The notes under the pieces: generated by a model
The model's database searches: none
The model's input: the letters and a program-made list of their open reading frames with translations, nothing else
Told to the model about the DNA's origin: nothing
Position numbers and translations under genes: made by a program
Source: an uncultured Planctomycetaceae bacterium
GTDB taxonomy: Bacteria > Planctomycetota > Planctomycetia > Planctomycetales > Planctomycetaceae
DNA: 64,000 nt
Direction of reading: 5' to 3'
Assembly: GCA_963815195.1 (NCBI GenBank)
Contig: CAWFGE010000006.1
Span: 32,001 to 96,000 of the forward strand
Shown here: positions 10,880 through 24,244 of the stretch, piece by piece
How positions within the stretch are numbered: position 1 is the stretch's first letter
Layout of the letters: the number at the start of each line of letters is the position of its first letter

Positions 10880-11519
10880 TCAGCGTGCCGCAATTTTGTG
10901 CGTTTTCTGGTGAAAATCCGAAGCTCGAAATCCGAAACAAAGCCAAACGGTCACGGGGATTTGTTTCGGATTTTCGGTTCGCCCCAAATCGTGCGCAACG
11001 TTTAGGGCGCGTTGCAAGCCGACCCAGTGAGTTTCCTGTCTCAATCGCACCCTGGATGCGCCTCGAAACGGCCCGCTGAACGCGATCTGGCAAACGTCCA
11101 GTCCCAACGACCGTGGATGCGTTCGCCAAGACCGGGCCTTGAACACCGTGCCCATCCCAGCATCCAGACTGACGGTGGTGGACGACGATGGCGGCCAGGC
11201 GGCTCCGCGGTTCATGCTTGTCGTGCAGAACATCGCTCCCAGCATAAGCGCGGGCGATGTGATTTTGAAGGATGCCGCCGGGAACACCGTCGCCACTTGG
11301 GGTTGGGACTTTTTACGCAGCATTGCTGAATTCTGGCGGTTCGCAATAATGAAGGCGCCGCTAAGAACGTGTTTGAGAATCTGGGCGGTAGGCGCTAGGC
11401 TCCGGTTTCGATGAAAGGATACTCACAAAATCAAGGCCGGCGGCTACGCACCAGCCGCTCACTCCTGCGGAAACACCCGAGAAACAACATGAACATAAGA
11501 CTCCAAGGAGACGTCGCCG

Positions 11520-12767
11520 ATGAGAAACGTGCTCGCGCTCGTGCTGGCCGGGGGAAAGGGAAGCCGATTGGAACCGCTCACACGGGACCGCGCCAAACCG
11601 GCCGTGCCGTTTGGCGGGGTGTACCGCATCATTGACTTCACGCTGTCGAACTGCATCAACAGCGGCCTCCGGCGTGTGCTCGTGCTGACCCAATACAAAG
11701 CGGCGAGCCTCGATCGGCACATCAACCTCGGCTGGCGGTTTTTGTGCCGGGAGTTGGACGAGTTCATCGATGTGCTCCCGCCGCAGCAGCGGTTGGACGA
11801 GCAGTGGTATCAAGGCACGGCCGATGCCGTCTATCAGAACATCTACACGATCGAGAAAGCCCGCGCCGAGTACATTCTGATCCTCTCGGGCGATCACATC
11901 TACAAGATGGATTATTCCGAGCTGATTGGCGACCACATCCAATCCGGAGCCGACGCGACCGTGGCCTGCATTCCGGTGACGCTCAAGGAGGGCAGCGATT
12001 TTGGGATCATGAACATCGACGGCGACCAGCGGGTCATCTCGTTCGATGAAAAGCCCGACCGCCCGGCAAACATTCCCGGCGACCCGAAACACTGCCTGGC
12101 TTCGATGGGCGTGTACGTCTTCAAGACGAATTTTCTGTTCGACCAGCTTTGCCGGGACGCGACGGTGACGGGCAGCCGGCACGATTTTGGGCACAACATC
12201 ATCCCGTCCATCATCGATAGCTGCCACGTGCGGGCTTATCCGTTCCGCGACAAGAACACGGGCGACAAATGCTACTGGCGGGACGTGGGCACGCTCGACG
12301 CGTATTTCGAGGCCAACATGGATCTGGTTTCGATTCACCCGCTTTTAAACCTGTACGATCGCAGTTGGGAACTGAGGACCTATCATCCCAATTTCCCGCC
12401 GCCCAAGTTCGTGTTCAACGACCAGACTTCGGAAGAGCCGCGGGTGGGCACGGCACTCGACAGCATCGTGGGGCCGGGGACGATCATCTCCGGCGGGTTG
12501 GTGGAAGGCTCGGTGCTTGCGTCCGACGTGCGGGTCAACAGTTGGGCCAAAGTGGAGGATTCGATCCTGTTCGAGGGGGTGAACGTCGGCCGCCACGCGA
12601 AGATCCGCCGGGCGATCATCGACAAGAACGTGCACATCCCGGAAGGCATGGAGGTGGGCTACGATCTCGAACTGGACCGGGAGCGAGGCTTCACGATCAG
12701 CGACAACGGCATCGTCGTCATCCCGACCACGAGCGCGCTTGCCGAGTACGAGGTGCCGGTTCGCTGA
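11520..12767 (+). CDS. glgC: Glucose-1-phosphate adenylyltransferase
   Basis: [52 protein letters not shown]. Confidence 0.97.
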   Translation: MRNVLALVLAGGKGSRLEPLTRDRAKPAVPFGGVYRIIDFTLSNCINSGLRRVLVLTQYKAASLDRHINLGWRFLCRELDEFIDVLPPQQRLDEQWYQGTADAVYQNIYTIEKARAEYILILSGDHIYKMDYSELIGDHIQSGADATVACIPVTLKEGSDFGIMNIDGDQRVISFDEKPDRPANIPGDPKHCLASMGVYVFKTNFLFDQLCRDATVTGSRHDFGHNIIPSIIDSCHVRAYPFRDKNTGDKCYWRDVGTLDAYFEANMDLVSIHPLLNLYDRSWELRTYHPNFPPPKFVFNDQTSEEPRVGTALDSIVGPGTIISGGLVEGSVLASDVRVNSWAKVEDSILFEGVNVGRHAKIRRAIIDKNVHIPEGMEVGYDLELDRERGFTISDNGIVVIPTTSALAEYEVPVR

Positions 12768-12949
12768 CACGGCGGGCGAGCGGACCCACCTGCGGTCGGT
12801 GCCACGCGTCAGGCCCGTGGTCGCAGACGAGTCCTCTCGGGAGCCAATATTTTGAAGGATTGTCATTCGAAGCGGATTCTGGAAATCATCGTAACGGGAG
12901 GGCTGACGGCCTCCGCTCGTTTGGACTTCGACTTGCAAACGGAATTGGC

Positions 12950-13945
12950 ATGACTGAAACACATCCGAAAACCTATTGGATCGGCTACGACCTGGGCGGG
13001 ACGAAGATGTTGTGTTCCGTGTACGATGAGGGGTTTGAGCTCATCGCCCAGAAACGCCGGAAGACCAAAGGGCAGGAAGGCATGGCCGCGGGGCTGGACC
13101 GCATCGTCGAGACGACCCTGGCGACCTTGGAAAAAGCGGAACTCAAGCCGGAACAGATTTCCGGTCTGGGCATCGGTTGTCCGGGACCTCTGGATCTCGA
13201 AAAAGGCATCATGCTCGAAGCCCCGAACCTCGGCTGGAAAAACGCCAAGGTGCGGGAGGCTTTGGAGAAGAAGTTTCCGTTTCCCGCCGTCGTGATTAAC
13301 GATGTGGATGCCGGGGTGTTCGGCGAGTACCGCTTCGGGGCGGGGAAGTCGGCCCACTGCTTGTTCGGGCTGTTTCCAGGGACGGGCATCGGCGGCGGCT
13401 GCGTTTACGAGGGTCGAATCTTGCAGGGCCGGCGGCTGTCGTGCATGGAGGTGGGGCACGTGCAGGTCATGCCGGACGGCCCGCTCTCGGGCGGCGGGCA
13501 TCGCGGAACGTTGGAAGCCGTGGGCAGCCGATTGTCCATCGCCGGGGCCGCCGCCCAAGCCGCCTTGCGCGGGCAGGCTCCGAACTTGTTAAAAGAAGTC
13601 GGAGCCGACCTGGCCCAAATCCGCAGCAGCGCCCTGGCGAACTCGGTGAAAGCCGGCGACAAAGTCGTGGAGACGATCATTCGCCTCGCGGCCGAGCACA
13701 TCGGCACCGCGGTGGGCGGCATCGTGCACATCCTGGCCCCGGACATGATCGTCCTCGGCGGCGGCCTGGTGGAGGCCATGCCCAAGCTGTTTCAAGAGAC
13801 CGTCGAGAAAGCCGCCCGCGATTTCGTTTTGCCCTGCTACCGGGATTCGTTCAAAGTCGTCACCGCGGAATTGGGCGACGACGCCGCCGCCCTCGGTGCC
13901 GCCGCCTGGGCCAAAGACACGATCTTGAAGCGGCATGAGGTTTGA
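12950..13945 (+). CDS. ROK-family sugar kinase (glucokinase-like)
   Basis: GYDLGGTK, NDVDAG, GTGIGGG, EVGH motifs. Confidence 0.92.
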   Translation: MTETHPKTYWIGYDLGGTKMLCSVYDEGFELIAQKRRKTKGQEGMAAGLDRIVETTLATLEKAELKPEQISGLGIGCPGPLDLEKGIMLEAPNLGWKNAKVREALEKKFPFPAVVINDVDAGVFGEYRFGAGKSAHCLFGLFPGTGIGGGCVYEGRILQGRRLSCMEVGHVQVMPDGPLSGGGHRGTLEAVGSRLSIAGAAAQAALRGQAPNLLKEVGADLAQIRSSALANSVKAGDKVVETIIRLAAEHIGTAVGGIVHILAPDMIVLGGGLVEAMPKLFQETVEKAARDFVLPCYRDSFKVVTAELGDDAAALGAAAWAKDTILKRHEV

Positions 13946-14025
13946 TTGCGGATGCGCTGGCGATTCCGCACAATGGGTTTGTTTCCCTTGCCATTTGCTT
14001 TTCCGATTTCAGACAGGCGGGATGG

Positions 14026-15507
14026 ATGATGTATGCTCCATGGGCTTTTCGCGTGTTGGTTTTTTGGGCCGGGTTTTTGTGTTTGGCGTCCCAAGGGTTG
14101 GCGAAGGACGGGCCGCGGCCCAATGCGGTGTTGTTTATTGCGGATGATGTGTCGGATGAAGATGTCGGCTGTTACGGGCATCCCACGATCAAGACGCCGA
14201 ACATCGACCGGCTCGCGGCGAAGGGGCTCAGGTTTACCAACGCGTTTTTGACGATCAGCAGTTGCAGTCCGAGCCGGTGCAGCATCATCACCGGCCGGTA
14301 TCCGCACAACACCGGCGCTCCGGAGCTGCACACGAGACTCCCCGATGCGCAGATTCGCTTTCCCGAACTGCTCCGCAAAGCCGGGTATTACACCGCGCTT
14401 TCGGGAAAGAACCACATGTTCGGGAACAAGGACCGGGCGTTTGATGTGATCTCCCCCGGCAAGGGGCCGGGCAAAGAGGAGGACTGGGTGGAGATCGTCC
14501 ACAAACGCCCCAAGGACAAGCCGTTCTTCTTCTGGTTCGCCTCGACCGACGCCCACCGCGGCTGGCAGTTGAACGACGCCGCCCCGAAGTACGAGGCGGC
14601 CGACGCGGTGGTCCCGCCGTATCTGGTGGAGACCGAACCGACCAAGAACGACCTGGCGAAATACTATCATGAAATCAGCCGGTTCGATCGCTACGTCGGC
14701 GATGTGGTGCGGGAACTCGAATCGCAGGGCCAACTCGAAAACACGCTGATCATCGTCATGGCCGACAACGGCCGGCCGTTTCCTCGCTGCAAGACCCGGC
14801 TGTATGACGATGGCATCCGCACGCCGTTCGTCCTCTCTTATCCCGCCGGGATCAAACAGCCCGCGGTGACGGACAGCCTCGCGAGCAGCATCGACATCGC
14901 CGCGACGATTTTGGACCTGACGGAAACGCCCCGCTCCGAGAGCATTCAAGGCGTGAGTTTGCTGCCGATCTTTCGCAATCCGAAAGCCAGCGTGCGGGAC
15001 GTGGCGTTCGCGGAGCACAATTGGCACGTTCACAAAAACCACGAACGCATGGTCCGCACCAAGGATTTTCTGTATATCAAAAACAACTTCCCGGGCCGAC
15101 AGGTGCTGTGCAGCGAAGCTTACAAGTTCGATGCGGGGGAAGAACTCTGGAAAGCCCAAGCCGCGGGCCAAACCACGCCCGCGCAGCAACTGCTGTTTGC
15201 AAAATCGCCTGTGGAGGAACTTTATCGAGTCTCCGCGGATACGGATCAACTGCAGAATCTGGCGGGGGAGGAAAAATTCGCCCCCGTGCTGACGAAGATG
15301 CGAAGCGCGCTTGCCGACTGGACCCGGCAGACCGGCGACACCGTGCCTTCCGATCCCACGCCGGACCGGGACGCTGCCCCGCGGATCGAAAACGGCCGGC
15401 TGATTCCCTCCAAAGGCAAGCTCAAAAACTGGTCGCACCGCGAATTTCCCGGAGCGAGCGCGGGGGCCGAGAAAATCAATAACCCCGGCCCCGTGCGGAT
15501 CGAGTAA
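14026..15507 (+). CDS. Sulfatase (formylglycine-dependent)
   Basis: FIADD, CSPSR signature, GKNH, ADNG; signal peptide. Confidence 0.93.
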   Translation: MMYAPWAFRVLVFWAGFLCLASQGLAKDGPRPNAVLFIADDVSDEDVGCYGHPTIKTPNIDRLAAKGLRFTNAFLTISSCSPSRCSIITGRYPHNTGAPELHTRLPDAQIRFPELLRKAGYYTALSGKNHMFGNKDRAFDVISPGKGPGKEEDWVEIVHKRPKDKPFFFWFASTDAHRGWQLNDAAPKYEAADAVVPPYLVETEPTKNDLAKYYHEISRFDRYVGDVVRELESQGQLENTLIIVMADNGRPFPRCKTRLYDDGIRTPFVLSYPAGIKQPAVTDSLASSIDIAATILDLTETPRSESIQGVSLLPIFRNPKASVRDVAFAEHNWHVHKNHERMVRTKDFLYIKNNFPGRQVLCSEAYKFDAGEELWKAQAAGQTTPAQQLLFAKSPVEELYRVSADTDQLQNLAGEEKFAPVLTKMRSALADWTRQTGDTVPSDPTPDRDAAPRIENGRLIPSKGKLKNWSHREFPGASAGAEKINNPGPVRIE

Positions 15508-15808
15508 TTGTGATCGTAGCGGCGGCTTTTGGCCGCCGAAGATTCCGAGCTTCGTACGCGAATCGGGGGCTGAAGTCGCCGCGACGGGAACGTCACCCCC
15601 TTGAGCGAACGGCGATGTTCACACCGCGAGGATTTGGAAGGCTAGGTAAGCCACGGCGGGTTTGCGAGTTCTCCCAAAAAGGCAATCTCTGGTATTCTCC
15701 CGTTTGCGGAATGCCGATATATTAGACATTTCGTAGCATCGTGGGAGTTTTACCGCGCACAGCAACCTGGGGAATTCTTTTCGGTTGCGGCAAAAGTCGC
15801 TGTGGAAA

Positions 15809-18346
15809 ATGGCAAGGGAGTGCCAAACCTTGGATGGTTCAAACGTTCAATCCGCCACGCCGTCGGTGGGGTCAACGCCTGTTCCAAATGCCGATCAACG
15901 GGGCCTGGGAAATCGATTGTCGCTGGTGATCCCGGCGTACAACGAAGAAGACACAATTCGCCAGGCGATTCACGAAGCGCGGGCGGCGCTGGAAACGATC
16001 GTTTCCGAGTATGAAATCCTCATCGTGGATGACGGCTCGACCGACCGGACCGCGGAAATCGTCCGCGCGGAAGCCGCGTTCGATCCCTGCGTGCGGTTGC
16101 TGCAACAACCCCGGAACATGGGCTACGGGGCAGCACTCCGCAGAGGGTTTGAGGCCGCCACGTTAGATCTGGTCGCCTTCACCGATGCCGACTGCCAGTT
16201 TGAGCTGAGCGACCTGGGCTACATGCTGCCTTTGGCCGAGAAATTCGACATTGTGTCGGGCTATCGCATCGACCGCAAAGATCCGGTCAAACGGCGGTTT
16301 TTCTCGTGGGGATATAATACGCTCGTGCAACTTTTGATGGGCAGCCGGATTCGCGACATCGACTGCGCACTGAAAATCTATCACCGCGACACGCTCCAGC
16401 AGATCCTGCCCGAGGCGGAGAATTTTTTCGCCAACACCGAAATGCTCACCAAAGCCCGCAGCCAGGATTTGTCGGTCGTGGATGTGGGAGTTCGGCATCG
16501 TCCGCGGGCCGCGGGAGAAAGCAAAGTCTCGCTGTGGGACATCCCCGAAACCCTCAAGTCGCTTCTGCCGTTCTGGTGGACGCGGGTGTTGTTTTCTGAA
16601 GAAAGTTCCGCACCAAAAGCTAAGCGGGAATCTCCAGTTGAGGCACAGGCCCAGCCCGCGCGTGTGCCGTTCTGGGCGGCGTTGATCTTGCTGATGGTGG
16701 TGGCGGGAACGCTGCTCTTTCGAAATCTGTCCTATCCGCTCATCGAACCCGATGAAGGCCGGTATGCGGAGATTCCCCGCGAAATGATCGCCAGCGGGGA
16801 CTGGATCGTGCCCACGTTCCACTTCAAGCCTTATCTCGACAAGCCTCCGCTGTTTTATTGGATGTGCGCGGCGAGCTATCAAATCTTCGGCTCCGCGGAT
16901 TGGGCGGCCCGTCTGGTTCCGGCCGGCTCCGCGTTTCTGACGGTGCTGCTCACGTTTTTGTTTGGTTCGCGAATCCTGGGCACGCGGTCCGCGTTTCTCG
17001 GCGCACTCATTATGTGTTTGTCGCTGGGGTTCGTGTATTGCGGACGGTATTTGATCCTCGACAGTGTGCTCACGCTGTTCGTCACGCTCTCGCTGTTTCT
17101 GGCTTACGAAGCAATCGGCCGCGGGAGGTTTCGGTGGTCGTGGTGGATCGCCTCGGCCTCCGCATGCGGATTGGGGTTCCTGACGAAAGGCCCGGTCGCG
17201 ATCCTGCTGTTTGCGCCGCCCATTGTCGCGTATTGCTGGCTAAGCCGGTTGAAAACCGCACCGAGGTTCGGCGCTTGGGCGGTTTATGGTTTGGTCTCGG
17301 TCGCGGTGGCGGCTCCGTGGTACCTCGCCGTGAGCCTGCGGGAGCCGGGCTTCGCGCATCACTTCTTTTGGGTGCACAACTTCGGGCGGTTTCTGTATTC
17401 GGTGAGCCATCCCGAGCCGTTCTGGTACTATGGCCCGGTCCTGCTGCTGGCCTGGATGCCTTGGGGATTGCTCTTGCCGCCGCTCGCGGTGTTCTTGGTG
17501 AAGCGATCGAAGGACATCCGTGCGGCCCGTCCGCTGTCCGTGGGATACTTCGCGCTCTGGGCCGGCTGGTGCGTGGCGTTTTTCTCGCTTTCCAAAGGAA
17601 AACTGCCGCCATATATCATGCCGGCCTGGCCGGGAATCGCGCTTTTGCTCGGACATTTTTTGGGTTCGATGGGCGCTTTGTCTCCCCGGCCGCTGCCCCG
17701 CTGGAATCCGCTGCATGCGCAGTTTCAGAACGGGCTTTTCGCCTTGTGCGCGGCGGGAATCGTCGGCTGCCTGGGGGCCTATCTTCTGCGTTTGGAGGAA
17801 CCCGTCGAAGCCGGCTTGGAACTGGGGTTATGGACCGCCGGGCTCGCGGCCGCCGGGCTGTTTCACAAACGCTGGTCTCCGCAATTGCTCTGCGGCGTCT
17901 TCAGTCTGGCCGCATTCGCGATCACCTTCGAAACCGCCCAGGATTTGTTTCCCACGTGGGGCCACAATCATGCCGCCGTGCCGATCCAGTCCGAATTGCG
18001 GGACGAGATGATGCACAGTTCGGCCAAAGTCATCAGTTGCGGCCAGGAGTGGGGTTCGGTCCCGTTTTACCTGCAACGAAACGATGTCACCTATTTGCAC
18101 AAACGCAACATGAAGCAGTTGGTCCACTGCGTGGATCGGCGGCAGGGCACGTATTTAATCATGAAGCACGACGTCGAGGTCGATCAACTCCATCGGCTGT
18201 TCCCGGCGAAGTCCGCGATCCACATTCTCTGGAAGACCCGCGAATCAACCATCGTCTATTTGCCGCCCGAACCCCTGGAGTTCACGGCCGCCAATAATTC
18301 CCGCCCGCAATCCGCCGCGGCCGGCCGGCCCGCGAAACGCCTCTGA
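15809..18346 (+). CDS. Fusion of a GT2 polyprenol-phosphate glycosyltransferase and an ArnT/PMT-like GT-C membrane glycosyltransferase
   Basis: VIPAYNEE, VDDGSTD, FTDADCQF in the N-terminal domain; EPDEGRYAEIPREM, DKPPL, LTKGP and many TM helices after it. Confidence 0.88.
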   Translation: MARECQTLDGSNVQSATPSVGSTPVPNADQRGLGNRLSLVIPAYNEEDTIRQAIHEARAALETIVSEYEILIVDDGSTDRTAEIVRAEAAFDPCVRLLQQPRNMGYGAALRRGFEAATLDLVAFTDADCQFELSDLGYMLPLAEKFDIVSGYRIDRKDPVKRRFFSWGYNTLVQLLMGSRIRDIDCALKIYHRDTLQQILPEAENFFANTEMLTKARSQDLSVVDVGVRHRPRAAGESKVSLWDIPETLKSLLPFWWTRVLFSEESSAPKAKRESPVEAQAQPARVPFWAALILLMVVAGTLLFRNLSYPLIEPDEGRYAEIPREMIASGDWIVPTFHFKPYLDKPPLFYWMCAASYQIFGSADWAARLVPAGSAFLTVLLTFLFGSRILGTRSAFLGALIMCLSLGFVYCGRYLILDSVLTLFVTLSLFLAYEAIGRGRFRWSWWIASASACGLGFLTKGPVAILLFAPPIVAYCWLSRLKTAPRFGAWAVYGLVSVAVAAPWYLAVSLREPGFAHHFFWVHNFGRFLYSVSHPEPFWYYGPVLLLAWMPWGLLLPPLAVFLVKRSKDIRAARPLSVGYFALWAGWCVAFFSLSKGKLPPYIMPAWPGIALLLGHFLGSMGALSPRPLPRWNPLHAQFQNGLFALCAAGIVGCLGAYLLRLEEPVEAGLELGLWTAGLAAAGLFHKRWSPQLLCGVFSLAAFAITFETAQDLFPTWGHNHAAVPIQSELRDEMMHSSAKVISCGQEWGSVPFYLQRNDVTYLHKRNMKQLVHCVDRRQGTYLIMKHDVEVDQLHRLFPAKSAIHILWKTRESTIVYLPPEPLEFTAANNSRPQSAAAGRPAKRL

Positions 18347-18365
18347 GAATTCCCAAGCATCTCGC

Positions 18366-18767
18366 TTAGTGCTCTGCAATCTGAGGCAGGATTTTGACGG
18401 CGTAGTCGCGGACGCGCGGGTCGGAATCTTGTGTGAGCTCTTTAAGTTTTGGAATGGCGGCCGCGGCTTGGGGGCCGCTTTTGCCGAGAGCCAAAACCGC
18501 TTCGGCCCGCACCCCGGCCTCCTTGTCGTCCAAGGCCCCGATCAATGCGGGAATCGCCTGGGAATCCGCATCGCCCACATTCCCCAGCGCCCGCACGGAT
18601 TGGATGCGGTCTTTCGCGGATGTCTTCGGCTGCTTGAGGAGGTCCGCCCAATAACCGACCGACTTCCCGGAGACGGTGAAGTTCTCCGGCTTGTCCGGCC
18701 GGCCCCCGCAGCCCAGCAACACGGCCGCGACGATTGTCATAATGAAAATCGGTGCTTGCTGCTTCAT
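18366..18767 (-). CDS. HEAT-repeat lipoprotein
   Basis: Lipobox LLGC; AIPALIGALDDKEAGVRAEAVLALG repeats. Confidence 0.8.
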   Translation of the reverse strand: MKQQAPIFIMTIVAAVLLGCGGRPDKPENFTVSGKSVGYWADLLKQPKTSAKDRIQSVRALGNVGDADSQAIPALIGALDDKEAGVRAEAVLALGKSGPQAAAAIPKLKELTQDSDPRVRDYAVKILPQIAEH

Positions 18768-19711
18768 TATTCCAGCCCCTGGACGATTTCGTTTCCGTGA
18801 ACCGTGCCCATCGCCCAGAACGCTTTCCGCAACGCGCCGTCCTGGGTGATGCTGGCGATGAAGCGGACCGAACCGTCGCCAAACAAGAGTTGCACGCCGC
18901 CCACGTGCAGGCTGGAGAAATCGTCGAGGCCGCCGTCGCTGTCGGTGAGAATGTTGATCCAGTTGTTATGCACGAGGGAGACAGCTTCGGCAGGAGCCGT
19001 GGTCAGGTTCCAGGGATTGAGCGAGCCGGCTTGGACGACGGCCCCGCTCGGAGCGCCGATCCAACTGCCTTGCGTCATGCCCCAGGCCCGGTCGCCGACG
19101 AGCGTCGTCTGCGTGGAGCCGTCGGTGAAGTCCCGCATCCGCACCGAGCTGTTGCGGAAGAACGCTCCGTTGCACTTCACGTCGGTGACTTCGCTGCTGT
19201 CGTCGCCCACGGTCGCGGCATAACTGCTCGGGGCGACCTGGCCGAGCACGGTTCCCGTGGCATCGGTCATGTTGAAGGGGTTCGGATTGACAATGTCGGT
19301 CGGACACAGAAACACCGGCAGCGGCGTGCGGATCGCCGCGGCGTTGGCGGAATCAAAAATCGGCCGGTTGAAGTTGATGTTTTTGTAGAGGGGCGCTTGA
19401 TCCAAAAAAGGCAGCAAATGCGCGGACCAGCCCCAACCGTTCCCGGTCGCAGGCGCCGCCGCTCCCGCCACAAATCCCGGCGGGAAACACCGGTGGGTGT
19501 TGTGGTAATTGTGCAGCGCCACGCCGATCTGTTTGAGGTTGTTTTTGCAGGTCGAGCGGCGGGCGGCCTCGCGGGCCTGCTGCACCGCGGGCAGCAACAG
19601 AGAAACCAGGATCGCAATGATCGCAATCACCACGAGAAGTTCGATCAGTGTAAATCCGCGGCGGGCCGTCGTCCGATGACGCCGGTCGGCAGAACAAGAG
19701 CAAATTGGCAT
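18767..19711 (-). CDS. DUF1559 prepilin-type protein
   Basis: [59 protein letters not shown] (H-X9-DG). Confidence 0.95.
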   Translation of the reverse strand: MPICSCSADRRHRTTARRGFTLIELLVVIAIIAILVSLLLPAVQQAREAARRSTCKNNLKQIGVALHNYHNTHRCFPPGFVAGAAAPATGNGWGWSAHLLPFLDQAPLYKNINFNRPIFDSANAAAIRTPLPVFLCPTDIVNPNPFNMTDATGTVLGQVAPSSYAATVGDDSSEVTDVKCNGAFFRNSSVRMRDFTDGSTQTTLVGDRAWGMTQGSWIGAPSGAVVQAGSLNPWNLTTAPAEAVSLVHNNWINILTDSDGGLDDFSSLHVGGVQLLFGDGSVRFIASITQDGALRKAFWAMGTVHGNEIVQGLE

Positions 19712-19747
19712 GCAGAAAACTTTCATCCGGTGGGCAGGGATTATTAA

Positions 19748-21524
<1,777 letters not shown>

Positions 21525-21561
21525 TCTGCGTCGGTTGGACAACTGCGTCGGCATGTCCGGG

Positions 21562-21849
21562 CTACGGAAGCAGGATGTAACCGAATGCGCCCGCGAAAAC
21601 GCGGAAGGCGATCACACCGACAACGAATGGTGTGAGGCAGAAGATTCCAACGATCACCGTACCAAGAGGGTGACCGGCTTGCCATGATCGAACGGTGAGC
21701 GAAAGTCCGAGGACGGCAGTACAGAATGCTGTCGCAATGATATATAGCGGAATATCCATTGGACGAGTGGCACTTCCGGGCGGCTCCCGAAATATGACGG
21801 CCGCACTCAAAACGGCCAGCAGATTCCCCGCCACGGCAATAAGGATCAT
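21562..21849 (-). CDS. Small hypothetical membrane protein
   Basis: Three hydrophobic segments. The ORF track fuses it to a GT4 fragment only because of a frameshift. Confidence 0.45.
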   Translation of the reverse strand: MILIAVAGNLLAVLSAAVIFREPPGSATRPMDIPLYIIATAFCTAVLGLSLTVRSWQAGHPLGTVIVGIFCLTPFVVGVIAFRVFAGAFGYILLP

Positions 21850-21866
21850 CTTTTTCAGCGGGCTGG

Positions 21867-22999
21867 TCACGCCTTGGCTCCGCTTCGGATCTTGGCACTT
21901 TGAGGGAGTTGGGTTTTCGCTTCTTCCACGATTTCGCGATAGAGGTCGGCGGTTTCTTTGACCATGCGTTCCACGCTGAAATCCCGCCTGACCAGATCGC
22001 CGCCCATTGCTGCCCAGGGTGCGGGCTCGGAGCGGATCGGAAAGCAGTTCCAGGATGCGTTCCGCGAGACGGGCGCTGTTGGAAGGCGGGACGACGAGGC
22101 CGGTTTCGTTGTCGCTAACCACGCTGAACACGCCGCCCACGCCGGAGGCAATCACCGGAATCCCCCGCCCCATCGCTTCCAGCATGATGGTGCCCAGTCC
22201 CTGCCGCAGCGAAGGAAGGCAGAAGATGTCGATCGCTTCGAGGGCCGTGGAGAAATCGTAAAGCTTGGGGACGAAGGTGACGGCTTCCACGATCTTCAGT
22301 TCGCGCGCGAGCCGGCGGAGGTTTTGCTCCTCCGGGCCGGCCCCTGCGATCAGAAACTGCACCTGCGGATTCTCCGCCAACACCCGCTGAGCCGCCCCCA
22401 GGAAGAACGGCAAACCTTTGAGCGCTTCCAAAGGCCCGGCCGTCCCCACCACCGGAACCCGCCCGGGAGAGAGCACCGGCGTCAAGTCGGCATCGCTGGG
22501 AATCTCCACGCCCGCATGGATCACCGTCACCAGGCTCGGCGGTAAGATGCACTTGCTCCAAGAGCTCGGACTTGACGGACTGGCTCACCGTCAGCACCCG
22601 CCGGCCGTAGTCGCGGTCCATCCGCAGTCGCTCGCGCGGAGCGAGATAATCGTGAATCGTCAACACATAGGGCACGCGGAGGGCGCGGGCCAGCCAAGCC
22701 CCGGCGTTTTGCATCCGCCGCGATTGCACGTGAATCAAATCCGGGCGGCGTTGTTCCAACTCCTGCCGGATCATCCCCAACACCACCCGCCCCCACACGG
22801 GCACGCGCAGGTGCGGATAAACGCGGATGGGCAACGTCTCCCGCAGCGGGGCCGCGATGTTGTCGGCGTTGGGCGTGATGATCCGGGGCAGGACGCCGAA
22901 CTCTTCGAGATGCTGCACCAACCGCAGCGTGTAAGCACAGGAACCGCGGACCTCAAACCGATCCGAGAGCAACACAACGTTTAGCGGTTTCGCGGCCAT
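21867..22999 (-). CDS. GT4-family glycosyltransferase (apparent frameshifts near 22535 and 22005)
   Basis: VLTIHD, TVSQSV, then LKGLPFFL, CLPSLRQGLGTIMLEAM, VIASGVGG, ETGLVVPP, FSVERMVKET spread over three frames. Confidence 0.85.
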
Positions 23000-23070
23000 T
23001 TTAGAAACCTTAATCTCCTCGAACCGGGGCTAGCGCCCTGCGGCTAATGATTTGTCAGGCGGAACCATCA

Positions 23071-24069
23071 TCATTCGGAAACTTTCTTGTAAGCGTCGAG
23101 CACGGCCTCGTGCAGAAAAGCGTTCGTGACGATCACGCCTTGGTTCATCGAAAGCTGCTCGCCTTGAGTGAAGTCCAACTCCCGGCCCTTCACATCGGTG
23201 ACCTTGCCGCCGGCTTCTTCCACCAACAGCACTCCGCCCGCGTGGTCCCAGATTTTTTCCTGATAACCCTTTTGGCTCGGCAGCCTCAAATAAATCTCCG
23301 CCTCGCCCCGCGCAACCGTGGCATACTTCGCCTGGCTGTCGAGACGCAGCGGCGGTTCCGTGATGCCCAGAATCGCCGCGATCTGCTGGGATCGGCTTTG
23401 GCTCGTGTGTCCCGATTCCACCGATTCGCATACCCGCGATTGGGAAGGCTCGCGGACATCCCGCACGCGAATTGGTTGCGGGTTATTCAAGTCGTCCGGC
23501 GAAACGACCCAAGCCCCGCCGCCTCGCTCGGCGTAAAACAAGGCTCCGCTCGAAGCCTTTTTCCGTGAAACCTGCCCGCCCGCGGGCGAGAGATTCGGAC
23601 AGCCCAACACGCCGACTTGGATTTTTCCTTCGATCAACAGCGCCAGCGAAATCGCGTATTGCTCGCCCCTTAAAAATCCCTTCGTGCCGTCGATGGGATC
23701 GAGTGTCCAAAACCGATGATGCGTCCCCTCGGCGCACCCGCGGTCGATCCAACCGCAAATGTCCTCCGTGCCGGCCAGAAGCCCCACGCCCGCGAGTTCT
23801 TCGCGAATCCGCTCCAAGAACACTTTCTGTTCCGGCCTCTGCAGGCCCTTCGAGTCCTCTTCGCCGATGATCGGATCGTCCGGAAACGCCCGGTCCAACT
23901 CCCGGCAGATCATCGCCTGGCTCGCGAAGTCGGCGACGGTCACCGGGCTTTTGTCGTCTTTTTCCAAGACCTCATCCGTGATGGCGAACTGCACGCCCCG
24001 GCAGACTTCCATCGCCCGCCGCACCGCCTCCACCGCGATCTTCCGCGCTCGTTCAAATTCCTGAGCCAT
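23071..24069 (-). CDS. 3'(2'),5'-bisphosphate nucleotidase (HAL2-like inositol monophosphatase family)
   Basis: SPVTVADF, GEED, LDPIDGTKGF, KIWDHAGG. Confidence 0.92.
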   Translation of the reverse strand: MAQEFERARKIAVEAVRRAMEVCRGVQFAITDEVLEKDDKSPVTVADFASQAMICRELDRAFPDDPIIGEEDSKGLQRPEQKVFLERIREELAGVGLLAGTEDICGWIDRGCAEGTHHRFWTLDPIDGTKGFLRGEQYAISLALLIEGKIQVGVLGCPNLSPAGGQVSRKKASSGALFYAERGGGAWVVSPDDLNNPQPIRVRDVREPSQSRVCESVESGHTSQSRSQQIAAILGITEPPLRLDSQAKYATVARGEAEIYLRLPSQKGYQEKIWDHAGGVLLVEEAGGKVTDVKGRELDFTQGEQLSMNQGVIVTNAFLHEAVLDAYKKVSE

Positions 24070-24244
24070 TGTGTGGACATGCCTTTGTGAGTGCCGCCGC
24101 TCTCGCGGTTCGGGTTTTGCTCGTTGAATGGGAATTTCCGCAAATTATCGTAAACTGAACCTCAGTTTTAGTGCATCGCGAGCCAACTTGCGACTGCAAT
24201 TTCAAAAATCGCCACGTTTCCATTTTTCTTGACCGGGGACTTCC

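Noticed and set aside
11012..11414. Short ORFs containing LTVVDDDGG (PKD/Ig-like remnant)
   Set aside because: No clear start or complete domain; cannot support a gene call.
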